Shown here piece after piece: positions 35,419 to 37,561 of a DNA stretch of 37,561 nucleotides. The notes below the pieces were generated by a model. It did not search any database. It had not been told where the DNA came from and worked only from the letters and a program-made list of their open reading frames with translations. Location of the stretch: NCBI GenBank assembly GCA_039679675.1, contig JBDKUN010000047.1, forward strand, positions 1 through 37,561, written 5' to 3'. Position 1 is the stretch's first letter. Each line of letters begins with the position of its first letter. This DNA is from Armatimonadota bacterium (GTDB lineage: Bacteria > Armatimonadota > UBA5829 > DTLH01). The position numbers were made by a program, and so were the translations under genes.

Positions 35419-35457
35419 CTTTTAGCTGTCAGTTATCAGTAGTCAGCTGAAAGTTAA

Positions 35458-36873
<1,416 letters not shown>

Positions 36874-36875
36874 CC

Positions 36876-37295
36876 ATGCCTGATCGAACATTTACGCTTG
36901 AATTAGTGACCCCAGACAGGGTCGTGACATCGGATAATGAGGTAGTCTCCATCGTCGTACCGGGTGCAGAAGGTTACCTCGGCATCATGGCTGACCACGC
37001 GCCGCTTATGACCGAACTTGTAGTAGGTGAGATTACAGTCCGCCGCGCAGATGGAAAAGAGATGCATATTGCTTCTACCCAAGGTTTTCTGGAAGTTTCC
37101 GGGAACAAGGCGACTATTCTGGTAAACACAGCAGAACGCGCGGAAGAGATCGACTTGGAACGCGCCAGAGAGGCGTTGAAAAGGGCTGAAGACCGTCTCT
37201 CCAGAGCTGAACAGGAAGGGACGGACTTCGTCAGGGCTGAAGCGGCGCTGAAACGGGCGCTGAACCGCGTGCGCGTGGCAGAACGGACGATATAA
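36876..37295 (+). CDS. atpC: ATP synthase F1 subunit epsilon
   Basis: LELVTPD, GYLGIMADHAP and C-terminal helices. Confidence 0.97.
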   Translation: MPDRTFTLELVTPDRVVTSDNEVVSIVVPGAEGYLGIMADHAPLMTELVVGEITVRRADGKEMHIASTQGFLEVSGNKATILVNTAERAEEIDLERAREALKRAEDRLSRAEQEGTDFVRAEAALKRALNRVRVAERTI

Positions 37296-37353
37296 ATATT
37301 GGCTAGGGAATAGGGAACAAAGAACAGAAATACGTTACTCCGAACGGTAATTA

Positions 37354-37380
37354 CGTCACTCTTGAACTTGATTCAGCGTA
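37354..37380 (+). repeat. Degenerate solo CGTC-type REP hairpin
   Basis: CGTCACTCTTGAACTTGATTCAGCGT resembles CGTCACCCTGAACTTGATTCAGGGTC in the MITEs. Confidence 0.55.
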
Positions 37381-37440
37381 TTGAAACAAGGGGGAATAGT
37401 TCTGTTCCCTATTTCGTAGTTTTTTAATTTCGTGCTTTCG

Positions 37441-37561
37441 GGTAGTGGCATTAACTAACTTGGCGGTGGCCTGTAGGATACCAGTTCCCGCATTGTCCAT
37501 ATATGATCTGTAAGTCCTGCAGCCATTGCCGGTGTTCGATTTTGCCATTTTCGTCGCCCTC
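37441..37561 (-). mobile_element. IS1-family insertion sequence, 3' end, inverted copy, truncated by the contig edge
   Basis: 37441-37553 is the exact reverse complement of 1-113. Transposase stop at 37455-37457. Confidence 0.8.

Noticed and set aside
37351..37548. 65-aa ORF MAKSNTG...
   Set aside because: It is an alternative frame crossing the IS end into intergenic repeats. The transposase tail is in another frame.

Overview
A 37.6-kb bacterial chromosomal contig. An Armatimonadota-like origin is a tentative inference from gene content and motif variants. It is mostly housekeeping: fluoride riboswitch-crcB, secDF-recJ-rel-dtd-TPR-MBL, manC, mreBCD-nth, rpmE-DUF1385-prfA, mfd and a complete F1Fo ATP synthase operon. 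Both ends carry the same IS1-family right end (1-113 is the exact reverse complement of 37441-37553), and both inner junctions carry the identical 8-mer TGCTTTCG in direct orientation. The most unusual content is: (1) a lipoprotein made only of the SecD periplasmic P1 domain, with its own promoter, directly upstream of secDF and about 84% identical to it over the head region; (2) an AT-rich orphan gene encoding an N-terminal domain plus a CAP12/Pycsar-type TIR domain, with no cyclase nearby; (3) a chimera of a PilC/GspF domain and a PilB/GspE N2-like domain lacking the ATPase; (4) two copies of a MITE-like element with 11-bp TIRs carrying CGTC-REP hairpins, one with a nested cloverleaf insertion. 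I found no CRISPR array, tRNA, rRNA or prophage genes.
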